Shown piece by piece: positions 36,614 through 49,368 of a stretch of DNA of 64,000 nucleotides (position 1 is the first letter of the stretch; each line of letters begins with the position of its first letter). The notes beneath the pieces are model-generated. The model was given only the letters and a program-made list of their open reading frames with translations, searched no databases and had not been told where the DNA came from. The position numbers and the translations under genes are program-made. This stretch comes from Podarcis tiliguerta (taxonomy: Eukaryota), in assembly GCA_965153285.1 (NCBI GenBank), contig OZ229114.1. One strand, given 5' to 3'.

Positions 36614-38599
36614 TTGGATGGCGGCCAGCGCGGGAGCTCATGTGGCGGATAGGCTCTGGTTCAGGTGATAGGGATGGGAGAACGCTCTTGCCATCCCTAT
36701 GTGAAGGGTATTCCGTTAAAGGAATCCAGGGACTCAATGGTTTCATCAGCCCCTGAGAGGGGCTTGTGCCCATGCCTGAGTCTAGGGGGACATTTGGGTG
36801 GCGGAGATAGCCTGCTCCCGGCTTTCCGCTTATCCAGGTGTTCACCCTTGGCTGACCTATGTTGGAACCCTGGGCCAGCGCTACCTGCATGGCAGGGAGC
36901 TAGTTGAACCAGAGCCTATTCAACCATTCACTTTCTGTAATCAATAAAGTTGTGGCCTAAATTCTGCAAAAAACAAACCAAAAATTTGAGTCAAGTGTGA
37001 ATTTATTTGGGGGGGATCTGAACACACAATGATTGCCTGAGTCGTACCAACAGTCGTACCAACTTTGTCTTGCTTGCAGATATGATTTGTATTAAAGTCA
37101 TGCCTGCAAATGGAAAAATTTCCTCTGCAGACTAGCAAAGAATCCAAACTGTTCCTCTAATGGACAGGGATAATTACAATCATAATTTTAGAACAGTTTT
37201 TAAATGCATGGTTTTGAAGCGGCTAAATATCACTAATCTATTGGGAGTACACTGTAAGATCCTTTTGTGTTTGGTTGTGGTATGTGTAGCGCGAATGTGG
37301 TCCCTGTTTCATTACAATCTTTGTGGCCTTTCGATGCCTGGCTCAAAGCTCTGACTTGTTCACAAGCTACTGTCCACCCACCTTTTGTGAGAAAATAAAA
37401 TTAAAGGTTTACTTCCTACCTAGTTTTACTTTCCACAGTTGGGAAAGTGAGGTTTCACAAAGGTTCTCTTCCTGCAGGCATTGTGGCTGGGGCTATAAAT
37501 TATTCTCCACCTGCAATTACCTGTTAATTTAAAAAGGAAAAGAGAGGGCCCAAGTGACCCTAACTGCAGCAGCAGCTGAGAGAATGTCATGTTCAGTTTC
37601 CACACATGAGCCACAGTGTCTCCAGCGTCTGGGAAAGGCCCAATATGCTTTACAGAATGTGCATTTTCCATGCTGTGGTGAATTTGGAACCTCTACACAG
37701 CTAAGACAGAATAAATTTTAGCTCAGTACAAACCTCTTGATCATTCCCTCCTTCAGATGGGGGAAAAGAGCACTGAGAATGTGGAAAGTGTAGAGCACAT
37801 CATAAATCCAGGGACACAGGAACTCAGAAAGCTGCATAAGGCACATACGGTCTGCTATAAAGGAAGCACTGTGCTTTAATATTATTTTCTGTTTAAAATC
37901 TACATGTGTGGTTTGGGACAAAGGCCTTTTGGTGTGGGAATCAGAAGGTTCAGTGTTGTTTTTTCTAGCTTCTCATCAAATAGGTTTTTCTCTGTAGAGA
38001 CAGCAAAGGGAAGTGCCAGGGGCTTCTAAAGTAAGTGGGCACAGACATAGGGCTCATCCACACTGCCACTTGTACCATGCCTAGAAAACTCATGTCCCAC
38101 TTGTCCTTTGATTTGTATAGGCATAGGTCCAGGCGGGTTTGCCTTTGCACCACTGCTTTCCCCTGGAAAAAAAGACTATTTAGCACTAAATCAGAGCAAA
38201 CAATCTGGAGAAAAGCCAATCGGCCTCTGATTCAGCAGTAAACAGCAGGTTTTCCTGGGAGAAAGTGGTGGGACAAAAGGAAGTGTGGAACCCTATGCAT
38301 GGTCTACTCTAAAGCAAGTCCTACTGAGTCCAATGGGACTTACTCCCAGGTAAGTGTGCACCATAAAGAGCAATTACAGTATGCTGGAACTGGAGATATG
38401 CTGTTACTATGACTGTGGAACGGTCAACATATCCAATACCTACCAGAATTAAATTATGAAGTGAGTAGCTGTTGTGGTGATAAACCACAAGAGTAAAGTT
38501 TTGATAGACAATTTTAGTCCAGGCGCTCTTGTGACAATCTTGCAGCACTAGGGATATTAGACTGGGGGGGGGGGGTGAATTTGAGTTTGGGCAAAGCCA

Positions 38600-40065
38600 A
38601 TAGTTAAGTGTCCTACTTCAGATCCATGATTCTACCGAGGGAAGATTAGCCTCTAGGAGCAATGATGCATTTGGGGCACAGGGTGGTACAGAGAAAATTT
38701 GCCTTAAGAACTTTGATTGGACAGCTTCCGTAGATCCAAGGTGAGTGCCTGTCCAAATCTGAGCCCCATATAATAACTGTGCTAGGGGTTTAGCTTGGAA
38801 CACTTCCAGGACTGATGGTATATGTTTACCACCATTTGTATTGAAAAAGCATATCAGAATTTTGGTGTTTTGGGACGCTTTTTCCATACCGGCGTGTAGC
38901 TGTCTTTAAATAAATTTATATTTTTTGATGTTAACCAGACTCCTAGATATTTAACTTTTTTAACCACCTCAATAACTGTTTTTTGTTGCAATTCATCTTT
39001 TAAATGTTGGTCCATATTTTTAACAAGCAGATTCATTTTCTTTTTGTTTAATTTAAATCCTAATACCTGTCCAGATTGTTCAATTCTTTCCAGTGCTTCT
39101 ATTGCACTGGTTAATCATTCCAATACTGTTATAACTAAATTATCCACAAAGGCTTTTAATTTATATTCTTTTCAACCGACATTAATTACTTTAATCTTGT
39201 CAGGTTTTTTTCATATTTCTTAGCAAGACTTCCAGGACTGTTATAAACCATAATGGTGATAATGGGCATCCTTGTCTGGTTCCCTTAGTAATTTCAAAAT
39301 TATCAGTTAGCACATTATTTACAATCAGTTTAAGTGATCTGCTCTGATCTCTTTTATAAAGAACTGTCCCATTTCCATTAAGTCCAAAAAAAATATCATA
39401 AACTCCCAAGAAATATTATCAAAGGCCTTCTCAGCATCTATAAATATTAGCGCTGCTTGCTTATCATTCCTGCTTGTCAGATATTTTATTATATCCGTCT
39501 TTTGTCTATACTTGAGGAGTTCAGCTTATCCCAGAGTCTTACTTGTGAAATTGAGTCAAATGCTGCTTTCAAATCAATGAAAGCTGCGTAAATCACACCA
39601 CTTGGTTTCTTAGCATACTTGTCTATGAGATGCGCTAGAACAAAGCAGTCATCTAGGGTGGATCTGCCTTGCCTAAATCCTGCTTGCTCTTCAGCGAAAA
39701 TAGCCGCGTCGTCTATCCAGTCAGCTAGTTTGTTATAGAGGTGCTTTACATATAGTTTACTAGAAGAAGAAGAAGAGTTTGGATTTGATATCCTGCTTTA
39801 TCACTACCCGAAGGAGTCTCAAAAGTGGCCAACATTCTCCTTTCCCTTCCTCCCCCACAACAAACACTCTGTGAGGTGAGTGGGGCTGAGAGACTTCAGA
39901 GAAGTGTGACGAGCCCAAGGTCACCCAGCAGCTGCAGGTGGAGGAGTGGAAACAAGAACCCGGTTCACCAGATTATGAGTCTACTGCTCTTAACCACTAC
40001 ACCACACTGGGTCCTAGTTATAGGTAACAAATTGATTGGTCTGTAGCTAGCCGGATTACCCTTAA
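38600..40065 (-). mobile_element. RTE-X-like LINE fragments with inserted L1 fragment (~38860-39490) and Squam3 SINE (39762-40010)
   Basis: EQAGFRQGRST, FIDLKAAFDSI; the L1 part has FIDAEKAFD and GTRQGCPLSPL. Confidence 0.75.
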
Positions 40066-40194
40066 TGGCTTCGTGCTGGTTTACCTGATATCCAAATACC
40101 TCACACCTGCTTCAGAAGCTGTTATTGGAATGGTGTGAAGGGGGTTACACCACCTGCAAGGTAAGAGAGGCTAATAGACAAGGGTTATACTGTT

Positions 40195-40850
40195 GCTTGA
40201 CCACAAACTTGAAATGAGCCAACAGTGTGACGCGGCAGCTAAAAAAGCCAATGCAATTCTGGGCTGCATCAATAGGAGTATAGCGTCTAGATCAAGGGAA
40301 GTTATAGTGCCACTGTATTCTGCTCTGGTCAGACCTCACCTGGAGTACTGTGTCCAGTTCTGGGCACCACAGTTCAAGAAGGACACTGACAAACTGGAAC
40401 GTGTCCAGAGGAGGGCAACCAAAATGGTCAAAGGCCTGGAAACGATGCCTTATGAGGAACGGCTAAGGGAGCTGGGCATGTTTAGCCTGGAGAAGAGGAG
40501 GTTAAGGGGTGATATGATAGCCATGTTCAAATATATAAAAGGATGTCACATAGAGGAGGGAGAAAGGTTGTTTTCTGCTGCTCCAGAGAAGCGGACACAG
40601 AGCAATGGATCCAAACTACAAGAAAGAAGATTCCACCTAAACATTAGGAAGAACTTCCTGACAGTAAGAGCTGTTCGACAGTGGAATTTGCTGCCAAGGA
40701 GTGTGGTGGAGTCTCCTTCTGTGGAGGTCTTTAAGCAGAGGCTTGACAACCATATGTCAGGAGTGCTCTGATGGTGTTTCCTGCTTGGCAGGGGGTTGGA
40801 CTCGATGGCCCTTGTGGTCTCTTCCAACTCTATGATTCTATGATTCTATG
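40195..40850 (+). mobile_element. CR1 LINE 3' fragment, young
   Basis: [13 protein letters not shown]...[21 protein letters not shown]; (ATTCTATG)n tail. Confidence 0.95.
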
Positions 40851-41945
40851 CTGCCAGGCACTCAGTCTTCAGCTGGCTCAGAAGTGGATCTTCCCACATC
40901 CTTCAGGCACTTATTGCTGAAGCGCAATAAATCAAGACAATAAAGCAAAACACAAACCCCTGAGAGTCCTTAAAAAGTTCTTCCCCAATAGGTTTCCCCT
41001 GCAGACCACAATAAGCTGCTGTCTTGAAGGACCCATAATTTTATCCTGCAGGCCTACCCCTCTTGCAAAAGAAGGAATTCTGTTGTTCTATCCTTCAAGC
41101 TATGCCATACTATACAATACTGAACTACAGTGCTTGCCTAAATCACACCACCAATGCCCTTAATAAGGACACCTCCCACAGTGGGAATGGGCTTTCTGCA
41201 GCCAAAACCAAATGAAGTGTAATGTGAACTGGGTGACAGTTGAGCCCAGATATCTTTAACTCTTCCATTATGCTTTATAACCCCTCAAAGTTTTATATTA
41301 TATGTAGAATGTTTAAAATGTTTGTAAGCCTTTTACTGGTTTTCCCCTGCCACAGGTGGCAGGGTCAGAAGTCTGCCCAATCCCCAGACCAGACATATCA
41401 GTTGGGAAAATGTGTTACTCTGACTAGAATTCAGAGATGTGTTTAAATTGTTTATTAAATACTACAGAGTGAGTCTTTTACCTGTTCCACGGGACCTCTT
41501 TTAAAAGACTCACCCTGTATAATTTACTGGTGGTAGCCCAAAAGAGAAAACCTTAACAGTGCCCCAACAGGTCACTGCATATATGCATTATAATAATAAC
41601 CTTTGGACATGGCTTCACTAACATCCACTCACTACTGATAGACAAGGAGGATAGATATTTTTTTATTACCAATCATTGTCCCTTTAATAAAAAACATAAA
41701 TGTTGAATCCATATGACTTTATTCAAAAGGTATTGTGTAAATTCAATAAATTTGCCAATATTAGAAGCCATGCTAGGGGGCAACTTCAACCTTAATGTAC
41801 AAGGAGTCTCTCCAAAAGACTTGAGCAAGGTTGCCACTTGAAGGAACTTTTTTAAAGATAAAGACAAAAGGGGACAAAGATAACCTCTTCCAAAAATGGG
41901 ACTTATATGATATATGGAGTGAAGAAAATTCAAAAGATTTCAGTT

Positions 41946-42030
41946 TTACATTTCATTCAACCCAACTTGTCTCCCAGTAGGGAGTCTCCTAACTGGGACT
42001 GGGAGACAAGTTGGGTTGAATGAAATGTAA
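41946..42030. repeat. Perfect 33-bp inverted repeat with 19-nt spacer
   Basis: 41946-41978 is the exact reverse complement of 41998-42030. Confidence 0.95.
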
Positions 42031-42904
42031 ATTAGACTTTTTACTGCTCACATCAGTTTATTTCCTACCAGGCAGTGAACATTGGTAACAAGTTCATCGA
42101 GGACTGGGGAAAGTTTACAGATTATCTGAAAAGCATATGCGGCGAACAGACAACGCTAGTGGGATTTAAAGAGGCTTTGTGAAAGTTAAAGATGTATTGT
42201 AAAATAGAAATAGAACTGAAAGGATAATATTAAATGGCAATATTAAATGTAGAGAATGCGTAAAAATAGAAAATATGGATGATTGGTAGAGAAGCTGGTG
42301 GAAGTCCAAAAAGCTGAAATTTGTGAATAATGTTTGAGATGGCGAATTTGTAAAAGGAAAAATTTAATAAAAAATATTATAAAAAAAAGAACATTGGTAA
42401 CATTGATCATGCTCCAGTAGAAGTGACCATACAACTGAGCAATGAAATCCAAACCTTGCCATCATGGCCATTTAACCCTGTTTATTGACCAACTACCTTG
42501 AGAAAGGATAGTAGAAACCCTACAATTATATTTTCTCTGTGGGATTAACCTACTTCATGATATCATGGAGTCTCCTTTCCACAGCTTTCTTTCAATAGGC
42601 TTTTAAAAAGTGAGTGATGGGTGAACCTCTCTATTTCCACTTTCTCTCAATTTCTAAGTTTTCCAGTATTAAGTTCAGTTCACATCAGTTTGCATTAAAA
42701 ATTAAAAAGCTGTAATGAAAATCCGCCTGCATTTTGGAGCAAATTTATATTAACACACAAACTTTTGTACACAATTTTGCCTGATATACAATTTTTGCAG
42801 AGCAGTTTTCCTTCACATAATTCATTTTTGTATGTGATTTTCATTAATATTTTCATTTTCATGCACACTTTAGTATATGCATTCCTGTACACATTATTTT
42901 GGCT

Positions 42905-43190
42905 TGAATCATAGAATTGTAGAGTTGAAAGGGGCCCCAGGGGTCATCCAGCTCAACCCCCTGCAATGCAAGAATCTCAGCTAAACCATCCTTGACAGAT
43001 GGCCATCCAACCTCTGCTTATAAACCTCCAAGGAAGGAGAGTCCACAACCTCCCAAGGGAGACCGTTCCACCTGTTGAACAACTCTTACTGTCATAAAGT
43101 TCTTCCTGATGTTTAGTCAGAATCACCATTTGAAGCCATTAGTTCAACTCGTACCATCCTGAGCAGGAGAAAACAAACTTGGAGAATTGT
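42905..43190 (-). mobile_element. CR1 3' fragment
   Basis: GAATCATAGAAT tail on the plus strand; homologous to 40600-40850. Confidence 0.8.
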
Positions 43191-43204
43191 GTCACAAAAT
43201 TTAG

Positions 43205-43540
43205 TAACGGTAAAGGGACCCCTGACCATAAGGTCCAGTCGTGACCGACTGGGGTTGCGGCGCTCATCTTGCTTTATTGGCTGAGGGAGCCGGTGTTTGT
43301 CCACAGATAGCTTCCGGGTCATGTGGCCAGCATGACTAAGCTGCTTCTGGCGAACCAGAGCAGCGCACGGAAATGCCGTTTACCTTCCCGCCGGAGCGGT
43401 ACCTATTCATCTACTTGCACTTTGAAAAGCTTTTGAACTGCTAGGTTGGCAGGAGCAGGGACCAAGCAACGGGAGCTCACCCCGTCATGGGGATTCAAAC
43501 CGCCGACTTTCTGATCAGCAAGTCCTAGGCTCTGTGGTTT
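43205..43540 (-). mobile_element. Sauria (Squam1) SINE
   Basis: Homologous to 45177-45542 and 48911-49254. Confidence 0.88.
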
Positions 43541-44399
43541 ATTATTTTTTTAAAATAATATTTATTCGAGTTTCCACAAATACAAAGATAAAGTAAAAAA
43601 AAAGACCAAATACAATAAAGTAGAAGGAGAAAAAAGGGGGAAAAGTAAAAATTCAAAAATACATAAAAACACCCCCCCTCCACCCCACCACCAACAACAA
43701 CAAAAAAGAGAACAAAGAACAAAAACATTTAGAAAGAAAACACTTCCATTTTTCAAATTCCATCTTTCAATAACTGGTAGGGTTTTATATGTCTGGGAAT
43801 TCCCAAACATTTCCTCTTTTGGGGGTCTCACATGCCCATCCAGGGGGGATTTTACATTTTAAAGCAAATGTCCTGGATTTTGGGTTGGGTTTTTTGTTTT
43901 TTTGTTTTTTTGTTTTAATGTACATGGGCAGCTCTGGTTGAGGCTCTGGTGTGGGTGACCTGGGCTCTGGCTCTGGTGTGGGCAGCTGGGGTTTGGTGGC
44001 AGTGGAGGGGCTATTGGGTGATTGCCCTAAACAACTTTTTGTGTCCAGATTTTTACCTCTTGAAATATGACAACCCTTTGCATTGGGGATGTTGGGGCTA
44101 GAGTTTGAACATGTGAAGAGTAAAACACAGCAGGAACGCACTTGCAAACCAAAACCAAAACATGTCTAAACATTGGAAAACTTTAGCCATGAAAATAGCA
44201 TAAATAAAAATGATGGGGTAACATCCATCAGCCCCCATCTGCAGGTCATCTCCTCCTCCATCCAGAGCAAAAAACAAACTGAGTGTGTGCTCCGCCCCAT
44301 GGGAGTAGCAGGGGGAGCAGCTGCCTCCCCATCAAATAAAACAATAGAAGTACTTAACTGACCAATCATGTTGGTTCTGCCCCCCCCCCACAAAAGTCC

Positions 44400-44930
44400 T
44401 GCCCTCCCCCCCCAAAAAATCCTGGTTACTCCCATGCTCTACCCTATGTGTCAGACCAATGACAACTTGAGACAGTCCCAGGGTCATCGTGGGGGCCATC
44501 ATGGCCCAGGCTGGAACACTAGAGGCAGCCCCAGCATGGATATAGAAACCACCCAGAAGGATTGTTCTGGCTTCCTCCACCACCACACCCAAGACCACCT
44601 CTGCTATCCTGGTCAGAAAAGCCACAGGGCAGTGCAGTGGACAGGACACTATCAGCAGCCCTAGTTTACTTTCTCCTTCTCCTGACACCAAATGCCAACC
44701 CTCACAGACAGAGGGATTTCCCTCTAATGAAGATGGAAGTTCTATGGACCACAGCAACTCCCCACCCCCATCATAGCCCTGCAGCCTGTGCTGATGCTTC
44801 ACTGTGTATCCAGGTGGGTACAGTCGGGTTAGAAAACTCCTCCCAGGTCTTGGTAATACATGCCAGATCCACAGCCTCCAGCATTATAAGATCATGGATG
44901 ATTGTGATCTTCTTGCTAAACAAGATGTGG
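44400..44930 (-). mobile_element. Old L2-type endonuclease fragment
   Basis: GLLIVSCP...ILLGGFYIH...GLSQVVIGLTH (APE-like motifs). Confidence 0.6.
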
Positions 44931-45176
44931 AATGTTGAATGTTCCTCTCGGATTTAAGAACAAAAAGTTTGACTAGCAACTTCAGAGCAGAGGGATTTTT
45001 AATAAGGGATCAGATTGTACATAAGCAATTTTAGGCATAAAGTTTTGGATTGCAAAAACATTTGTTAGAGTATCCTGAACTGAATTAATTTTGTTATGGA
45101 TGCATTTTGCAATTGAAGCTGCATTATAATATGGCTTTTGACAGCTCATAATATGATCACTGATAATATGAGACAA

Positions 45177-45542
45177 GGGACACGGGTGGCGCTGTGGGTT
45201 AAAGCCTCAGCGCCTAGGGCTTGCCGATCGAAAGGTCGGTGGTTCGAATCCCCGCAGCGGGGTGCGCTCCCGTTGTTCGGTCCCAGCGCCTGCCAACCTA
45301 GCAGTTTGAAAGCACTCTCGGGTGCAAGTAGATAAATAGGGACCGCTTACTAGCGGGAAGGTAAACGGCGTTTCCGTGTGCAGCTCTGGCTCGCCAGAGC
45401 AGCGATGTCACGCTGGCCACGTGACCCGGAAGTGTCTTCGGACAGCGCTGGCCCCCGGCCACTTTGAGTGAGATGGGCACACAACCCTAGAGTCTGTCAA
45501 GACTGGCCCGTACGGGCAGGGGTACCTTTACCTTTACCTTTT
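45177..45542 (+). mobile_element. Sauria (Squam1) SINE, full length
   Basis: tRNA-like head, (ACCTTT)n tail, 13-bp TSD TAATATGAGACAA. Confidence 0.92.
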
Positions 45543-48500
45543 TAATATGAGACAATGCAATCACTTTCTGTGCTATCAACACAGCTCTGCAATCCTCCTG
45601 CCATAAAACGTAACAGAATGAATCCTAAGAAATCCTAGTTCTTTTTAGATGACATAAAACCAAATGAAAAACAAATATATGGTCCTGTGGCTTTGAGAAG
45701 TTGGAAGCCCACTGAGCTCATAAAAATGCAGTCTAACCTTAATTCCAGTTCAAGACAAGAATGGGTTGTGGAGGAAGGGTAACGAGGAACAAGCATTCTG
45801 ACAGCATGAACCAAATATTTATGGAAATAATTCTGATGGACTTCAGCAATTGCCGATTTTATACCAATACTATTAGCAGTAATTCCTGAAGAACCAATTT
45901 CTGCTAGCTAGGCATACCAGTTTCAGCAAACGTTTTTTAAACCCAGCAAATGCAAATTAATCTTTGCAAGAATGAACATACAAAAATACCAGACGCTGCC
46001 TAAAAGTTTTTTTAACAAAAGGTCCATCTTGTGGGCAGGCTTAAATAGACACTTTGGTGCCAAAGCATGTCAGTCAAATTATTATTGGCTCTAGATGTAT
46101 CTCACACAAGCTGTTAAATTTTTTACCTGCAGCAGAGTGGCATTTGAAAAAGGTGCAAAATTCTTTTCTGACTTTGACTCCTTTTTTGGTGTGTTTTCAA
46201 AGAAAGTACCTCCAATCTCATCCTCAAAACTAAGCCCAGACTCCTCAGTGAGAAGAGCCAAGCCCCAGGGCCCAGAGGAAAGAGGGTTCCAAAAAAATAG
46301 AAACTGATCTACCAGAGAGCCAGAGTTAAAAGCAATTCAAGTGACTCCCAGCAGAATATTTTAAAATCCAAAGAAAATAAAAATGCAACAACACATTCCA
46401 GTATCTATCCATGAGTTTATGCTGGTCTTTCCCTCTGCACACAAAAAGCAGTTCATGGGGCACACACGCTATACTCAGCTGTTCAATACACACTGCAAGC
46501 TTAGAGCCACAATTACTTAGTCAGGGATCCCAATAATTAGTGTGGAGTTAAGCATAATGTGACAATCCATTTAACTAGCAATTTAGAAAGATGAAAGGGC
46601 AGGGCAACTGAACACCAGTCTAGCACAATGTTCATAGTTAACTGAAACTACTTGATAAATAAAATAAACCAATATGTACTGTGATCTGCAGGCAGTACAA
46701 AAACCACTCAGAGAATAAAGTGCTCTTCAGATATTTTAAAGGCCAGCTGTGAGGAGCAATGATGAATACCTCAAGGGGGCCATGTGTACATGGGTCCACA
46801 CTCAGAGACCTGCCAATCCTACTTGATTACCTAATCAATGAGTTGTATCAAACAGAGAAAGCCAACCCTACGAGATTCTAGGTACATTCACTAACAAAAT
46901 GCCCTTTGTAAGAACTCCATGCTAAAAAAGTAATTAATTAAACTGCACTCAGACAAATTAAACGAGACAGCAGTAGCAGAAGGAGGGGTTTGGACACTGG
47001 GAGACATTTTGGGATGAGTCGAGCCCAAACAAAAGGCACAGGCTCAACTAGATCCAGGATTAGAGCAAACTGCAGAAAAGTTTTTTGAATGGGGGGGGGG
47101 CATTGACAAAGGCTGGGGAGGGTCTAGTTCAGAACAAATCTCCCACCAGGATGAAGATGGAAGGCCAAAAAAAGTAGGCATATTTCAGTGAGGGGTAGAA
47201 CCAGGCATTGAGAGTACAGGGGCATAGAATAGCAGTTCAGAGAGGCTAGCACCAGAGGCTAAACTGCAAGTGCAAAGAACATTTGGAGAGAGACACTGTA
47301 TCTAAATGTATACCTGCTCATGCTAGGAGACTCTAATCCACAACAAGCTCAATGGATGGTCTTAGAGGGCAACAGAGATATAGTGGGCATAATCAAACCC
47401 TCGTGGAATTGAAAGAACCAGTGGGACACGGTTATCTCTGGATACAAGAAGAAAGACATACTGCACGTGATGATGTTACTTACAGAAGTAAGTGCCCTGC
47501 CCAAATCACAACATCAAGTGCACTTACTTGTAAGTAAGGAAGTGATCTTTATTAAAAGCAGACTAGCAGTACAAACTCAGTAGTCATATACAGTCTGCGG
47601 GTGATTGATGAGTGTGAGACCAGGAGCAAAGCCGAGTCTCATAAGTTGAACATGGGTAACAAGACTGTTCACGAGTAGCAAAATTGTTCCAACAAGTTTG
47701 CAGACCCACCTACCAAGCTTTTTAAGTCACGGTTTCCCAAACTTGTGTCTCCAGCTGTTTTTGGACTACAACTCCAATCAGAACAGAATATAGTCTATGC
47801 ACTCTAAAAAACAAAGGAATAGCAACAAAGCCTGGTTCAGCGTCACTACCAAGGTTCAGTGGTCCTGAACCAGTGGTCCTGGTTCAGTGGACAATGAGAG
47901 AAGCAAGGGTTTGGCCAGGCACATGCAGAAAAGGGCATCTTTGCCAGAGTGCGAGACACTTAAGGCCTTACAGAAGCACTTGGAAATATGCCTAGAAACA
48001 CAACAGCCAGTGCAACTGTATAAGCGGGAGTTGGTAGCCCCCATTCCATGGACCACATTAGGCCCAGAAGGGATGCTAATTTGGCCAATGAGGCTATATC
48101 CCAAAAACAATTCTCACCTGCCTGACCCCTGATGCCATATATGACCTCAGCTGGGACGTTTTACCATGCCAAACAAAGTGCCACCTTCTGAATTAGGGCT
48201 TCCACTTTCTTGTGTTCAAAAAGTCTGGTACCTCTTTACAGTGCTTTTTTCGGGGGGGGTGCAGGGGTACGCATACCCCTAAACATTTTGTGAATCTTTG
48301 TACTTTTGTCCATTTACTGTATTTATATTTCCTGATGTGAACTATAAAATGGTGATTTTCCTGCTTGGCAGGGGGTTGGACTCGATGGCCCTTGTGGTCT
48401 CTTCCAACTCTATGATTCTATGATCAGTAACAAAGGTTTCAAGACTGCATGGGAGTGGTGAAGTTCTTTTATTAAGTTTCCCTGCCTACCTATCAAGCTT

Positions 48501-48910
48501 TTAAGCAGAGGCAGAAAATGCCCAGCTACTCACAATAATCCTTGTTCCTGTGGGAATAATGGCTTGAAGATGGGCTCTGCCTAGGAGAGGAGACTCCTCT
48601 ATTCTCTTGATGTGCACCTCTCTCTGGGGGACCTTGTCAGACTTGTCTCCTCCACAGGTAAGAGGCAGGTGGCCTCTGGGACTCCTGCCTTATCTGAAGA
48701 TCCATCTGGAAGCAAAGAGGTGAAAGGGTGTTGAAAGGCCTCTACTCCATTGTCTCATCCCCCCCCCAAGTCCTCTTCCTTAAGTACTTCCTGTTCCTGG
48801 TCTGAATCAGAGTACTCAGAAGTGATTGTGCCACAACAATATATCACAGGAACATAAAAACAAAAATACAAAACACAAATTGTGGAGGTAGAGCCCAGCC
48901 AGTTTGGCTA

Positions 48911-49254
48911 AGGTAAAGGGTAAAGGGCCCCCTGACCATTAGGTCCAGTCATGACCGACTCTGGGGTTGCGGCGCTCATCTCGTTTTATTGGCCGAGGGA
49001 GCCGGCGTACAGCTTCTGGGTCATGTGGCCAGTATGACTAAGCCGCTTCTGGGGAACCAGAGCAGCGCACAGAAACGCCATTTACCTTGCCGCCAGAGCG
49101 GTACCTATTTATCTACTTGCACTTTGAAGTGCTTTCGAATTGCTAGGTTGGCAGAGCAGGGACCGAGCAATGGGAGCTCACCCCGTCGGGGAGATTCGAA
49201 CCGCCGACCTTCTGATTGGCAAGTCCTAGGCTCTGTGGTTTAACCCACAGTGCC
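48911..49254 (-). mobile_element. Sauria (Squam1) SINE
   Basis: Flanked by a 38-bp direct repeat (48873-48910 / 49255-49292). Confidence 0.92.
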
Positions 49255-49368
49255 ACACAAATTGTGGAGGTAGAGCCCAGCCAGTTTGGCTAGTTGCTAC
49301 CAATAAGTCTCTTTTAGAGCCATGCAGGTTGGTGGTCATTGCTGTCTCCTGTAGCAGCAAAGGCTATA

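Larger units (their letters stand above)
31100..37020 (+). mobile_element. Tyrosine-recombinase retrotransposon (DIRS order, Ngaro-like), near full length, degenerate
   Basis: Order gag (Cys/His finger) - RT/RNase H - YR - SGNH hydrolase; AATAAA at 36943; boundaries approximate. Confidence 0.88.

Noticed and set aside
36720-36760. CTGATGA on the minus strand in the Ngaro 3' structure (hammerhead core?)
   Set aside because: No stem II followed by GAAA and no stem III/UH arrangement could be built
43785-44147. Pro/Glu-repeat ORF (PTPEPEPRSPTPEPQPE)
   Set aside because: Short simple tandem repeat without ATG start or recognisable domain
45177-45260. tRNA-like A/B boxes here and at the Squam3 heads
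   Set aside because: SINE heads, not cloverleaf tRNA genes
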